A stretch of DNA of 64,000 nt from the human T2T-CHM13v2.0 reference genome, Homo sapiens. Made by a program: the position numbers and the translations under genes. The notes under the pieces were generated by a model. That model was given only the letters and a program-made list of their open reading frames with translations, was not told where the DNA came from and did no database searches. Location: NCBI RefSeq assembly GCF_009914755.1, contig NC_060929.1. One strand, 5' to 3'. Below are positions 13,231 to 26,971 of the stretch, one piece after another (position 1 is the first letter of the stretch; each line of letters starts with the position of its first letter).

Positions 13231-14159
13231 CTGTGGCCTATTTTTGTATTAGGAAGACTTGAGCATGATTCTGTGTATCGGGGACTCCTCTGGGTGTTTC
13301 CGGTGGAGGCGACCCCTGAGGAGAAGAGGCTGCCCTTGTCCCTGCGATGGCTGCAGGGCTGGAGTGCGGAGGGCCATTGCTGCTGGGCAGATGTCCTTGG
13401 ATTTGAGCTCCATCGGTCAGGGGGTTTGGGATGAGCATGGGATAAGTAGTCATTTTTCTGCGATGTAAGGCCCTCATGGAACAGTGCCTTCCCTTTATCA
13501 ATTTTTCAGAGAATCAAATCAACTTTGTAACCAGCGATAGCCTTTTCTCCATCACATGGCTCCTCCCTCCTCCCAACAATCAAACACAGAAAACAAAGCA
13601 TGGCTCCTGCTTGTTGGTTTTGGCAGCCGGAGTGAGGGAGCTGAGTAACGAAGCCCCCTCTCTGTTTTATCGCTTACAGCTTCCGCAATCCTTTTAAGAG
13701 ATCACATGGGAAACTCCGGCTTTTGAATTTCGTGTGTTCACAGTGGGTGACAAAGGGGAGGCTGAAAGAACAGACCTTGCTCTTTAAGGCCGATTATTTG
13801 CTTTTCATCCAAACGTGGTTAAATTATAACCTGGCCCATTCTTCATGGAGCTCTATGAAGTTTCTAACAGAAATTATAGGAGACCATCTGTTTTTTATTT
13901 CTTCAGTAAACAAACCTATTAAAAGTGCACTTCTCCCTCACAAGCCTGCAGAATTTGAAATGAACACTGAATAATTTAATGATTTAAAAATAATTTAACC
14001 TATTTGGTCCATTTGAATTTATTTAAAAACAAAAACAAGGCTTTAGTGACTTACTGGACAGAAATGATATTCAACTTTGAAAAGCTCATTAGGTGCTAAT
14101 AAGAATTGAGTTATCATGTCTTCGTAGAAATCTTTTCTTCCTAGAATCAGCTAACGATT

Positions 14160-14395
14160 TAGAAATTTATAATATTAATATTTATTTATATTATTGATAT
14201 AATATACTAATAATATATCACTTATAATAGTATAGGTAATATACTTAAGTAATAGTATACTTAATATAGTAATATACTTAAGTGTAATATGTACTTAAGT
14301 AATAGTATACTTAATATAATATAGGTTATATATTATAATTGATATATTAATATAATGCCATATATTAAGTATTCATTTATAAATATTAATATTTA
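14160..14395. repeat. AT-rich low-complexity tract with repeated tatacttaa units
   Basis: tatacttaagtaatag/tatacttaatata motifs recur. Confidence 0.85.
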
Positions 14396-15645
14396 GTGCT
14401 ATTTGCTTAACTCAATCTTGGAAATTTTATTAAAATAGATTTTGTAAAAAAAAAAAAACACAAAAACCTAAGAAAGATGTTCTTCTCCTCTCAAGGAACT
14501 TATGTTTTAGGCTATACCCATCAATATGGGCAATATCTGCAACATCACACCAGGAAGAAACTTGTCGAACATGTACATGAGGCTACAGAAGGCCATATTC
14601 ATAAGCTCTTATTGCTGTGGCACTCAATTTGAATAATGTGAAATGTCATGTGAACTTCAGAATTATGAACTATACACAGAGAAGAGATAGACATGAAATT
14701 TCTGAGTTGTTTTGGCTTTTGTTGTTATTTTTGTGCCTTCCTATACCACTTGGAAAGGCTGAAAAGGGGCAGGGGTGTACAAAAGCTTACTCTAGGCTCA
14801 GGGATGTAGAGAAGGTCTTGAGAACACAGCAAGAGAAGAAGAGCAAAGAGGGCACGGTGCATGGGACTGGGTTGGCCTGGATGGGAAAGGAGAAGAGCGG
14901 GGCTACAGGTGGACACAGATTGTCACCTGGGCTGGTCCCCAGGGTGTGTCAGCCCCATGGTCCCCAGGTGTCTCCACACCACCCTGTGAACAGTGGCCAC
15001 CTGGCTGGGCCCTTCTTGTGGCCGATCCTTCATCCTGACCTGTCTTGCCCATCACCTGGCTTAGGTGATGAAGAAATGGGAAGGGCTCAGGTAAGCGTAG
15101 GCCTCAGGCCCCAGGAGAGCAGAGACACCACAACTAGAAGCAGAAATTCTTCAAAGAATACAATTCTAGGAATTTTAAAAAATCAATGAGATTTTTATTA
15201 TAGAAAAAACCAATTTTGGGTTTTCTTTAGCTCCCAGCTTAGTATTATTTTTATCACTCCAAATGTTAGTCAAAATAGAAATAATCCTGAATGGTGAGCT
15301 AAAGGACATGCCCATGATCGCCATCATAACATCAGCACTCAAGGCTCTGCAGGTGGTCATTGGCTGTGCAGGCCAATCTGCAGACTTAGTCAAATGCAGT
15401 GTTGTGGATGAAACGCAGCAACTGCTCCATCTGCTAACACAGCCAGCTGGCTGGCCCTGAGCACTTCTCCCTGCCTGTCTGTCGTAGGCAGCGACGGGGA
15501 TGTTGCCAAGCTCATTGTCTAGGGCTTTTTATACCTCGGAGGAGCAGAGCTGGTGCCCTAGTGCATCCTGGTCCCCATGTCAGGGAGCTTGGTGGGATAA
15601 GCTGGTTCACACTGTCACTCAGCACACATCAATGGTGCAAAGTCA

Positions 15646-15667
15646 CATACACACACACACACACACA
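15646..15667. repeat. (CA)n microsatellite
   Basis: Read directly. Confidence 0.9.
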
Positions 15668-17293
15668 GAGGCCTTGGATGGAGGCCTTTCTAGTTCCTCT
15701 AGAAGCAGGAGAGAATGTCAGCATGGGGTGCTTGAAAGTCTATTTGCATGGACCTCATTGGGCCTTTGGGGGAGCACACTAAAAGGCACATTGGAGATGA
15801 AGGTGACTTCCCAGGCTGAGATCCCAATCACAAGGACAGATAATGGTTGTTCTTTGACTTCCAGATGTGTCAGGGGTCAGTTGGGAAACCAGAGAGCTTG
15901 CAAGCATTATGGGAATAAATGTTGGGGGCTATAAGAAAGGGAAGATCTGGAAAGGGGCAGTCAGGCGTCTTAATTGAAGAAAACCACTGCAGCCTGCAGC
16001 CCTTGAACTAGAGTCCAAGCTTGTGGGAAAGTCCAATCCATTTCTGGGGTGTGAGAAGAGAGGCCATGGAGACACAAGGACATCTCCAGCCACCCTACAG
16101 GCTGGATCTCAGTGCCTAGTGGGGGCTTGGGCCATTGTAGGCCAATGGTGATCAGGAAGACAAGCTGGCTGTGGAGCAGATGGCAACAGGGACCACTGGG
16201 ATGGACGCGTACCTCTGAGTTATCTGTCACCCTTCCCCTGTCCTCACTGTCCAGAGGGATGGCCACTGCCTCACCTGGGCCCTTCAGCTGTTACGTGAGT
16301 GCCTCTTGTTAGCAAGCTTGAACCTGGAGCCATGCAGGGAAGGGGATTCAGGGAAACGCAGTCACCTCCTTAGATGGGGACAAAGGGGCTGAGGACAGCA
16401 GACAAGGAAGCACACAGGCACGATCAGGGACCTGGAGCACTGCTTCAGGTGGTCAAGTATAGGAAGCACTCCTTACATATGTGGAATATTCTTTCAGAAC
16501 TGGGTTTGTATTTGAAGGAAGAGAGAGGTAGAGCGAGTCATGACAATGGGGTGGTGGAGAGACCAGTGGGCCTGAAGTCGCACTGTTTTGTGGCCTAACA
16601 AAGTCTAAGAGGGTCTTTTCCTGCTCCAATGTAGCCTCTGTGGCCAAAGATTGATCAGGTCTACCTTGGAAAGTAAAGGAGAGACCCAGCTTCTATCTGT
16701 GACACTTGGAGGTGATGTCACGGGGAAGAGCCATCTCTGAAGCCAAGAGAGGCCTGGACACAGCATCAGGAGCCAGTATGGGGCAGTCAGCTGGGGACAT
16801 GGGGTCTGGATGGAGTGCCATGGCTTGTGGCCTTTTGAAGACAAGACTGGAAGCTGGAGGTACAAGAGAACTGAACTTGGGCAGTGTTGGGCAGGATGAG
16901 AACAGCTGCCAACCAGACAGGAGATCACCTGGGCTTTCTAGAGCACAGGAGAGACTGGGAACTGGGGCTCCAACAGTTAGCCTAGTGGGCAGCGGTTTTG
17001 TGATTGGCCCCATTGTGCACTGATCACATCCCAGCTGGCATGGCCTGAGCACCTCTGTCTTGTAGGAAAGGGCAGCGCGTGGCTGGGGTTCTCTGGGTCT
17101 CATCATGGTTTGCGGTATTGTGGGTTTTTAAAATATGAGATCGTTTAGAGATATACACTTAATCCTTCAAAGCACCAAAGTAAGAAACACTCAATGACTT
17201 TATTGATACCATTAGCATTCTCAGATTCCTTGCGTATGGCACATATTGTACCTGAGATGGAATTTTTTAGCCAGGTAGTCATAACACAGCATG

Positions 17294-17598
17294 TTTTTTT
17301 GGTTGGTTGTTTTCTTGTTTTTTTTTGAGACAAAGTCTTGCTCTGTCACCCGAACTGGAGTATAGTGATGTGATCTCAGCTCACTGCAAACTCCAAGCTA
17401 TTCTCCTGCCTCGGCCTCCCAAGTAAATGGGATTACAGGCACGCACCGCCACACTCAGCTCATTTTTGTATTTTATTTAATAGAGACGGGGTTTCACCAT
17501 GTTGGCCAGGCTGGTCTCGAACTCCTGACCTCAAGTGATCTACCCACCTTGGCCTCCCAAAGTGCTAGGATTACAGGCATGAGCTGCTGTGCCCAGCC
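17294..17598 (-). mobile_element. Alu (S-like)
   Basis: Reverse Alu text with degenerate TSD agcatgttttt / agcatttttgtt. Confidence 0.95.
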
Positions 17599-19174
17599 AG
17601 CATTTTTGTTAACAAAAACTCTCAGAATTAACAAGACAGCCTCTTTCAGTTGCTACAGAAGACCACAATATTTGACTATAGAAGTCAAGTTGAAGTGAGC
17701 TGATTTGATGATGAACGTTTGAGCTTGCTTTTGCTTCTGGTGCATGTGTGTGGATTAAGGAGGGAATAGTTCTAGGGGGTGAGAATGTTTTAGAGGAGTT
17801 AATAATTAACAAGACTTTATTCTCACAAACCTGAACACTTAATACTTTTGGGTAGAGTTACTAAGCCAAGGCTTGTCCGAAGTCTTTAAGAAAGAACATG
17901 GGGTAAAAATTAACAGGCAAGAATAGTTTCCTTTCTCCTAAAGGCTTATCAATTGCCAAAGAAAATATTTCAATGAAAAGACATTTCATAAATATAAAGC
18001 TAAAATTTCATAACTGAGAGTGATGATGTAATTGGTTTTGTTTCTCCAAACACAGACACTTTAATTCAATGGGAATTTAATAGTTTAGGGATTTAAAAAC
18101 CATGAGATGGTTTCCAAACCCAATAGATTTATCTACCCTAATCCTCCCATTCTCCACCTGTCTCCAGTGGAATGTGGTCAAGACGGGCATCACAGGCTTG
18201 TGGGAACTGGGTCACCAGAGAGCCCTGAGGGATATGTTTTACCAGATGCTAAGCTGTGTTGGCTCGACTTCGGTTTAATTTCTTTGCCTAAGCCTTGCCT
18301 TCTGGCCAGGCGGGTGTCTCAATGGTACATCCTGGAAACTTGGTGGGTGGCGTGGCAACACTCTCAGTGGTTCACTGAGGGTGCAGGGGATGGTTTTGTC
18401 CCATCAGCACTGCACGGTGGCCCGTCACTGACTCTCAAGCAGGACACGTGTCCAGGTCCAAAGAACTTATCAGCAACGTTAGTTCTTTTCTGGAATGAGC
18501 CAAGAAACAAGTCCTAACTGTGATGCACTTTTTTTTTTTTTTTTTTTGGTCTGGACTGGATTTTGCACAGCATTTACCCTTGATCTCTGGGAAGGACAAC
18601 CTTCTCCTCATGATACGCAAGAGACACAACCCAAGAATCACAGCCAAGGAAACTGGTTTCTTTAATGTCTCAAGGCAGCTGGGCAGGAGGGGCTCTTGGA
18701 GGAGGAATTGCAGCATCATGTCATCAGAATTCCATCAAGCCCTGTCCCGGAGGATGCTTCCTGTTGCAGCATTTCATAATAATCTGAAATCTAAATGGGA
18801 AGTTCAGCAACAGTAGTGACAGAGGGAGGAGAGAATCCCGTCATTAAAGGGAATTCCAAGCTTGCTGGCTGAGGCCGCAGTGCCCTCCGTCTTCTTGCTT
18901 CTTGCCCTCTGGGTGACAGGCAGACCTCATGTGGGAGTTGAGTAGTCATTACTCACTGGGGCCAGTCTCTTCTTGAACCCTACGTTCTCACGTCGGAACA
19001 TGCTCCTGTTATTTTACAGTCTCACACTATCCACAGTGTAAACACTGTTTTGGGGGACGCATGTTCAGGTTCCATAGGTATCCCAGCCTAGGGGCCCACC
19101 ATGGTGAGAGGAACACAGGGAGGAATATATTACTGTCCATTTTGAAATAACAACAATGACAACAGCAGCCACTA

Positions 19175-19400
19175 CTGTAATAATAGCTGACGTCTGCTGA
19201 GGATTCCCACGAGCTGAGCACTTCACAAACATTGCCCCCATCCATCCTGATGACCACCCCATGAGGCCGGCACTTTTAGTGACCCTGTTGTAAGATGAGA
19301 AAACTGGAGGCAGAGAGCCAGGGGAATGCCTCCAGGCACACACTGCCAGCAAGGTGTAGGGCGGGGTGTGGCTGCCAGGATTCAGTCAGTCCTCTGACAC
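19175..19400 (-). mobile_element. MIR SINE
   Basis: taataatagctgacg...ccaccccatgagg...taagatgagaaaactggaggcagagag. Confidence 0.7.
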
Positions 19401-19476
19401 TCAAGCGGTTTCCATTTTTCTCTTTCTCATCAGGCACTTTGGAGGCTGGGGAACAGGCAGTAGATATGGAAAGGGA

Positions 19477-19791
<315 letters not shown>

Positions 19792-21587
19792 TCACTGTAG
19801 AGCTTGCCATGCTTTGTTCTTATGGAGAATTTTTATTTCTTCCAGACCATTTCCATATTGTCCATATTTTTCTCTCCCCAGTTCAGTTAGGAGCCTTGTC
19901 TGCAACACAGGAGTTCCTTTAAAACTGGATGTCCCATACTCAGGAACAAACATTTTCCATTTGCACCAAATTTATCGCCTCTACTCTGCTGGTTCCCTTT
20001 CTTGTAGGAATTTACATGATTTTCACACCATATCACAAATACTTATTTTGAGGTCTGTCTGTCCTACTACTCCAATGGATGGGTGGGTTTGTGGCTGTGT
20101 CCCAGTGGGTGCGCACTGCATGTCCCTAAGTGAGTATTGAATTGAGCAGAGTCACCAGCTCGTTAGAGCCTCCCTGCTGTGTCAGGTCGTGTGTCCTCTG
20201 CCATGCGGAGAAAAAGACTTGAAGTATCTCTCGGCATAATCCAGATGTTTATGTAGTTGAGGTTTTACTATATTTGCACTCTTTTGTTCTGAAAATGTCA
20301 AAACGGAAGCAGTTTTGAATTATCTGTGAATCAAATTGAGTATCTGTGAATGTGAAAACTCTTAGCTCAGTTCTGGTAGTACGATCATCCCAGGAGCTGA
20401 GTCACTCTGTGTTTGGTTGGGAGGTTTGGAGGGTTGAAGAAGTTTGAAGAGGATCAAGTACGTGCTTAACTGAGTTCTAGATGCTTAGACAGCTCCCAGT
20501 GATGCCATCCGTCTACCTGTTAGGTTAGGCAGAAGAATATTCTTTTAACAGCATCATGGGAGGCTAACCAGTGATATAAAGTGACTTTTCTTGAAAAGGC
20601 TGTAAGATCATCAGTTGTGGAGCCTGGGACAAGATGCAAAGACAGAGTGGATGAAAGTGAAGCAGCTGGCTTTCCCCACACAGCCACATCACGGTGGGGA
20701 GTTCAGGGGTCGGCTGGCAGAGCCATGGGGGAGGTGCTGCCTCACACCCACCTGCCAAGCCCTGGGCTCATATGCAATCGTCTGGTTTTCTCCAAGAGCA
20801 AAGTAATGGCCCATCTGATACAACGCTGGGCACTGCCAACCTCCTACTTGTTCCATGCTGGTCCGACAGACTCTTGGGGCCACAGAGACAAGAGTGTGGG
20901 TAGGAGACCACACTTCACAAGTTCTCTGCTAGATTATTCTGCACAGTTTCCATGGAGAAGCAGTTTCTGATTTCTGGGCTCACTTAAGCATGCGCTGGAT
21001 CCTCTTAGTCTTCTTTTAGCCTCTAAACTTCCCAACAAAACACAGGAAAGCCATCATGCTGGGGACTCCCGAGGCACCTTTCTGTTTTGTAACTCAGGTT
21101 CCATTCACTCTTACACACTGCAGAGGCTCTCAGAGTGTGGTTGGGAAAAGCCTGGGTTTGGAGAAGCTCCAGGGGCCCGATGAGCTGAATATTGGATGTG
21201 TCAGCGTCTCTGCCTTGGTCCTTGTTAGAAACTTACCACCTGAGATCTTTCTGTCTTTTCCAGACAGAATTTAAAATTTTGTTAGCTTTCCCTTTCTTTT
21301 CTTTACTTTTGTTTCTTTCTTCTTTCTTAAATGACAAGCAGGAGGAAGTGATTTTGGAGGCTTGTGAAAAATGATTTTCAATCAAATTTGCCCCAAAACA
21401 GAAAAATGTTTGAAATGCATGGTGTTATAGAAAGTTTATATAAAAATAAAGAAAACACACTACTCATGGAACCAGGCACTGTCACTGATTAAAACTCGGT
21501 CTTAAGCAGAGAGTCTGGGTAGAGCAGAGAGAAAAGTCAAGCACATAGCCGTGCTCTCTGGGTGTGCCCATTTACCTGCAGTATTGT

Positions 21588-22663
21588 TGTAAATTGAAAA
21601 TAAAATACTAGGCCAGCCATGGTGGCTCACGTCTGTAATCCCAGCACTCTGGGAGGCTGAGGAAGGAGGATCACTTGGGGTCAGGAGTTTGAGACCAGCC
21701 TGGCCAACATGGCGAAACTCTGTTTCTACTAAAAATACAAAACTTAGCTGGGCGTGCTGGTGGGTGCCTTTAATCCCAGCTACTCAGGAGGCTGAGGCAT
21801 GAGAATCACTTGAACTCAGGAAGTAGAGGCTGCAGTGAGCCGAGATCACGCCACTGTGCTCCATGCTGGGAGACAGAGCAAGATCCTGTCTCAAAAACAA
21901 ACAAACAAAATAAAATACTAACCCACATCCCTCCAATTGAATGGACCCTCTTGGCCAACGGGGGTCCCCGAAAAACTTGAAAACCTGAATTCCTGACCAC
22001 GATGGGAAGGGAGGTCTGCCACATCTCATTACATGCCCTCCCTTTTGTAGTTTAGGCACAGAAGCCAACCAGCACTAATGTTAACGTAGAGATGGTAAGA
22101 CGGACGAACAGACTCTGTGGCAATCAGATGCCAAATTATAAACAAGCCTAAGTTTAGGCACAACAGCCAACCAGCACTAAGGTTAACATAGAGATGGTAA
22201 GAGGGACAGAACAGACTCTGTGCCAATCAGATACCAAATTATAAACAAGCCTAAGGCCATGCAAAGCCAGGGTTAAATCAAGCTGGCAGGCCATCAGTCT
22301 CACTACAGGGCATCCTTAGCTTAACTTAAAACATTCTTTTCTGCTGACTCTAAGTTTCTGATAGAGCCTGATTCCTTTAATCAATTGCAAATTAAAGAAT
22401 CTCTGAATCTGCCTGTAACCTGTAAGCCCCTACTTCAAGATACCCCATCTTTTCAGGCTGAACCAATGTATACCTTCCATGTCATGGTTTATGCCTTTGT
22501 AACTCCTGCCTCCCTAAAAAGTGTAAAACCAAACTGTTACCCCACCACGTCAGGTGCACTTTTTCAGGACTCCTTGAGACTGTTTCTCCAGGCCATGGTC
22601 ACTCATATTGGCTCAGAATGGACCTCTTTAAAAATTGTATAGAGTTTGGTTGTTCTGCTAACA
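21588..22663 (+). mobile_element. MER4-family ERV1 solo LTR with an Alu insertion and an internal tandem duplication
   Basis: TG...CA ends, 4-bp TSD ttgt (21584-21587 / 22664-22667), MER4-type 3' end ggccatggtcactcatattggctcagaat. Confidence 0.85.
21611..21906 (+). mobile_element. Alu (Sx-like) inside the MER4 LTR
   Basis: Perfect 14-bp TSD aaaataaaatacta (21597-21610 / 21907-21920). Confidence 0.97.
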
Positions 22664-24679
22664 TTGTTTTCTGAATGATTAAGATGCAGAGATGCACCAT
22701 GCCTTGCTGTGGGTTGAGACCAGGAAATCTGGATTAGTGTTGCTGGTTCCGTGCTGCCAGATGGAAGAGCCCTCTCCTGGCTCCATCCTCCGCAGCCTGC
22801 AGACTTTATCCCCGGCTCAACTCTCAGAAAGACTGTCAGTGGCCTCCTCCTCCCTAAAGGGTCCTGCTTGCTGCTTTGCCTGCTGTGCCTAAATCAGTTT
22901 AATATTTTAAAATTTATCTTGATCGACATTGCATTTAGAGCAGCAATTCTGAAATTTTTTTGGATCATGGGATATTTGGAAATCCCATGAAACCTATTAT
23001 CTTTTCCCTGGGAGAAATGCACAGACTCATAAATCTGTGCTCATAAACGCTGATTGAGATGAGGACCCCTTCTCTGCTTCGGTGTCGTTTCTGAGACAGT
23101 ACAGTAATGTGAAGATGCTACGGAAAGTCAGCATGAGACCAAGGTCGGAAGCTGGCTCCTCAAAGGCATTGAGCCTTGGGTCTTGGGTCTGGGCACCGGG
23201 CTAAGCTCACTGTTGCTCAGGGTTGATTCATTGCAGGGGCTTGCTGTGTTTCCTCCTAGTTGTCCTTGTTTGGAACTTGTCTGGTTTACCAGGCTTGTTA
23301 ATATCAAACTTAGGGGAGCAGAGGTTGGGGTATCAGTTTCCTCCTTAGAGCCCTAAAGAGCCCCAGATTTTAAAATACAAATTCATTGACCAGTTCCTAG
23401 ATAAATAACTCTGCCTACCGCAGGAGAAGATAATTTAATGCGAATGGGGAATGAAGAGAGTTGGAATTTGTGTAAACTATCTTCAGGAGAACTGGTTCCT
23501 CCTCACAGTGTATTTGTGTAACTAAGGCTATTACTTAAAGACTCTTATGTAAGAGGCCAACAGGATGAAGATCTGCTTCTCTTCAATAACAGTGAAAATA
23601 TCCTTGCTTTCCCAAAAGTGATGTAGGGGCACTTTTGTCAAATTACCAAGGTTAGTCAAGATGGGCTTGTTTGAAAATTATTACAATATTGCAGAAAACT
23701 CACCCAGCAAAGCAATCTCTGTGTAGTATGATTTCCTGGATTCTGGCAAGGCTGTGGCGTGTAGTATTCCGTTCACTGCTGCACCTCTGTCTGTATTGCA
23801 TTCACATTCTTTCTGAATTGAGTAAAGAAAGATGAGCACATTCCTGGGGGAAGATTACCCTCTTTGAGTCTGGCATGTGGCATTTTTAGTTGGCTGTTTT
23901 GATGCAGCCGTTTTGTTCCAGAAACATTATGACTCAGATTAGAAAGTATCTCATTAAACTTCTACAGTCCTTAAACTATAAAGTGATATGTGAGCCCTAG
24001 AATCATCTTTCTGGAGAACTAGATTATTAACTTGATGTATGCTGGGAATGATATGGCCCTTGGTGTGGGTTGGGATGAGGAATGGGATAGGCTGTCTCTT
24101 ATAGATCAACTGCATAAAACCAAAATTAAAATTTCCACCCTGGCTTGTCCTAGGCACAGCCATTGATCATCCTAAGTAATCTTTAAGAATTCGAAGCATG
24201 TTGGATGAGCAGTGTCTCTCATATTCAGATTTTGCCTGCAAAGTTACAATGGTCATAATTGTAACTTTCCTATCCTAAAAAAGCACATATTGTCTATATA
24301 ATCTTTGTGATGGACAACTTTGCTACTATCTCTCCAGTGCCCTGGTTCTTCCTGGAACTGTTATGAAATTGAACAGCTTGTTAACTGTGTAAAATCCCTG
24401 ATTCCAAGGAAGTGTATCATACTAGATCTCCTATCTTCCAGAAAGTGTTTTCTTCCATCCAAATATCTGTTACTCTCAGAACAACAGACACCGCCCAGGG
24501 CTCAGAAAGCTTGTTTCTAAAGATTTTGTGTTAAAAAGGGAAGAACGCAGGCATGATCAAATATGTGGCAAACTTTGTGGTGTCCCCAGATGGAATGTTG
24601 ACGTTAAGGGGTAGAGCATCAGGAAAAAGCCACATTCATGTTTGGTATTGTTTCAAGCCAGATGCCCTTGGTTTAATTT

Positions 24680-25050
24680 ATTTGTTAGACTCATCGAGCA
24701 TCTGCTACCTGCCACATGTAATGCCAAGGTCTAGAGTTAAATAAGACACAGACTGTGCTTTTGAGAAATTTACCGACATGTGAAGGCATTGACAGGTTTG
24801 AAGACCATCATAATACCAAGAAGAACATGGAAAATGTCATGAGAGAGGAAGGGAGAGATGGGGAAATTTGCAGCAGTGGAGCACGTTCTGAATGGGGATG
24901 TGAGACCATGTCTCCCTAAAGGGTCACTTGAAGACAGACAGCTGGGACAGCGTAGGGTTTTCATAGACCGACTGTGGAGAGATGTTGCAGCCAGAAAGAA
25001 CATTCTAGGGCCAACTCTGAGGGAAGGGAGTGTGGAGGTTCAGGATGGTA
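24680..25050 (-). mobile_element. L2 3' fragment
   Basis: catcgagcatctgctacctgcca...aaataagacacagactgtgcttttgagaaattta; diverged. Confidence 0.5.
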
Positions 25051-25120
25051 GTGGATCGGTTTCAGGCAAAGCCCTCTCCTCGGAGACCCTGGGAGAGAAC
25101 CTAGAAGGATAAGCTGACAA

Positions 25121-25250
25121 CGTGGTGACCATATGTCTTGTTTTCCCAAGATAGCCCTATTTACACCTGATCTCCCAACACTTCTATTATCACCATTGCT
25201 AATTCTTTCTCTCAAAAATATCTTGGTTCAGAGAGACAATGAATGATATA
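25121..25250. mobile_element. MER94-like hAT MITE
   Basis: ggtgaccatatgtcttgttttcccaagatagccctatttacacctg...ctttctctcaaaaatatcttggtt. Confidence 0.55.
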
Positions 25251-25481
25251 GATGGGCTGGTATTCTTGGTTAGTATTGTTAATACAGCAAATTTCTTCCA
25301 TTCTAAAAGAACTATTTTCATTGTAACTACTAATTTAGTAGGATATGCATTTTTCTTGACTTTTTTATGTTAATGGAGCAGAGTAGGAAATTGTATGTGA
25401 TATGGTTTGAAATGTCTAAAGAAGGACCAATATCCAAAAATCTCTCCTGCAGAAATGCCTGAAATTCAAGAATATAGTCGT

Positions 25482-25730
25482 ACTAATAATGATAACCAGC
25501 ATGGGTAGGTAATGAGATTTATACCAGGCACTATACAGTTTTTGCTAGTTTATTTAAATTATTTAATCTTGGCAACAACCCCAGAAGAAGTAGGGATGGT
25601 TTGTTATGTCCGTCTGTTAGGAGGAAAAACAGAGGCTCACAGGGCTAACTCAGGTCCTGAAGGGGTGGAGCTAGGGAGTAACAGGCGGAATGTGAACCCA
25701 GGCAGTCTTCTTAGCTAAAAGCCATGCTTC
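25482..25730 (-). mobile_element. MIR SINE
   Basis: ataccaggcact...atttaatcttggcaacaaccc...gaggaaaaacagaggctcacag...tgtgaacccaggcagtct. Confidence 0.75.
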
Positions 25731-26729
25731 AGCCCGGTGAGGAAAATCACACAATTTCTGGGAGTTTGGCTCTTAGGATATGTTAACCATGAAGGTTATG
25801 AAAATGATGGAGTCTTTCAATTTACAAAGCACTTTTATTTGTTTTCTTATTTACTCCAAACAGCAATGTATAGCAAATAGTTCCCCTACAGATACTCACA
25901 GATATTAAACACCTAATGAAGCTTCATAAATACCTAAGCTGCTGTTGAACTGGGTCCCAGTTCAGATCATTAGATTTCAAGCTTCTTTTCACACATAGTT
26001 CTACCTCAGTCTTTGCATTCTATGAGTAAATATGTTTAATGGATACTTACATGAGAGATGACCCCCGGCTCCTGGGGAAGTGGGTCAGGACTGGAAGGGG
26101 ATGAGTCTGAGGAAGGAGGGCCAAGGGTCAAGGGAAGGTCAAGTGCAGAGGACTAGAGGTCTTCACTTCACTTACACTTCCCAGGGTTGTCCAGGATTGA
26201 TCATGTGGGAGTCAATTCCGTGGGAGGCTTCTAATCCCTAGGCAGATGATTGGGATGGTGAAATATGCTAAGATCTCACTGTTAGGGAGGAAATCCAGGT
26301 GGTTCTCGTGTCTATATTACCATGATTTTAAAAGTGCAACAAAGCAAAACATAATAGTTCTACCTTTTACATCTTGCATTCCTAACGTTTTGGGGATAAG
26401 TTGAGTTTTAGAGACATTCACATGCACCATTGTGTTTTCTACTTAAAAGTTATACAATATTAAAATAATAACCGTCACGATCTCTTTATAATGAATGCCA
26501 CGACTCTCCCTGTGATTCATCTGTTTTGTGGATGTTGGAGCGTCTCTCGGCTAAGGGAGTAATTTTTTCTTTCTATGTGGCAATTTCATGATCATCTCCC
26601 AGTCAAATGCATTTGGTTTTAAATCATCCCCTATTCTAGAATTATAAAGGTTCACAAAATTTTTAAAAGCAGTTTGATGTTAATATTACAAGAGACATGG
26701 GCTCCTTGGCTTCTTGGAGGTAAAAGGCA

Positions 26730-26904
26730 CTGTAGAAGGACATGACCATCCACTCGGCGTGGCATCTATGAAGGCCGGGTGACAGAGGCTGTGGAGGGAC
26801 AACAACACCCACTTGGCATGGTGTTTATGAAGGCCAGGTGACAGAGGCTGTGGAGGGACATTGACACCCACTGGGTGTGGCATCTACAAAGGCTGGGTGA
26901 CAGA
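26730..26904. repeat. 59-bp minisatellite, 3 diverged copies
   Basis: Units start at 26730, 26789 and 26848 (ctgtggagggaca...gaaggccgggtgacagagg). Confidence 0.9.
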
Positions 26905-26945
26905 ATTTTAAAGCTAAAATTCTCTGAGGAAAGGCAAAATAACTA

Positions 26946-26971
26946 AAATAAAATAAAATAAAATAAAATAA
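26946..26971. repeat. (AAAAT)n microsatellite
   Basis: Read directly. Confidence 0.9.

Noticed and set aside
13259-13468. GC-rich stretch with open frames that looked exon-like
   Set aside because: No recognisable protein in the frames I read and no convincing splice pair; kept only as part of the candidate regulatory block
14617-15189. Longest ORF in the window (190 aa)
   Set aside because: GTG start, no recognisable domain, composition of random non-coding translation
15304-15313. p53 half-site ggacatgccc
   Set aside because: No adjacent second half-site
26500-26570. gtggatgttggagcgtctctcg faintly resembling a hAT transposase ERxFS motif
   Set aside because: Needs a frameshift and has no supporting flanking homology that I can see
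26730-26904. Possible CRISPR-like array
   Set aside because: Contiguous tandem units with no unique spacers, in eukaryotic DNA with no cas genes
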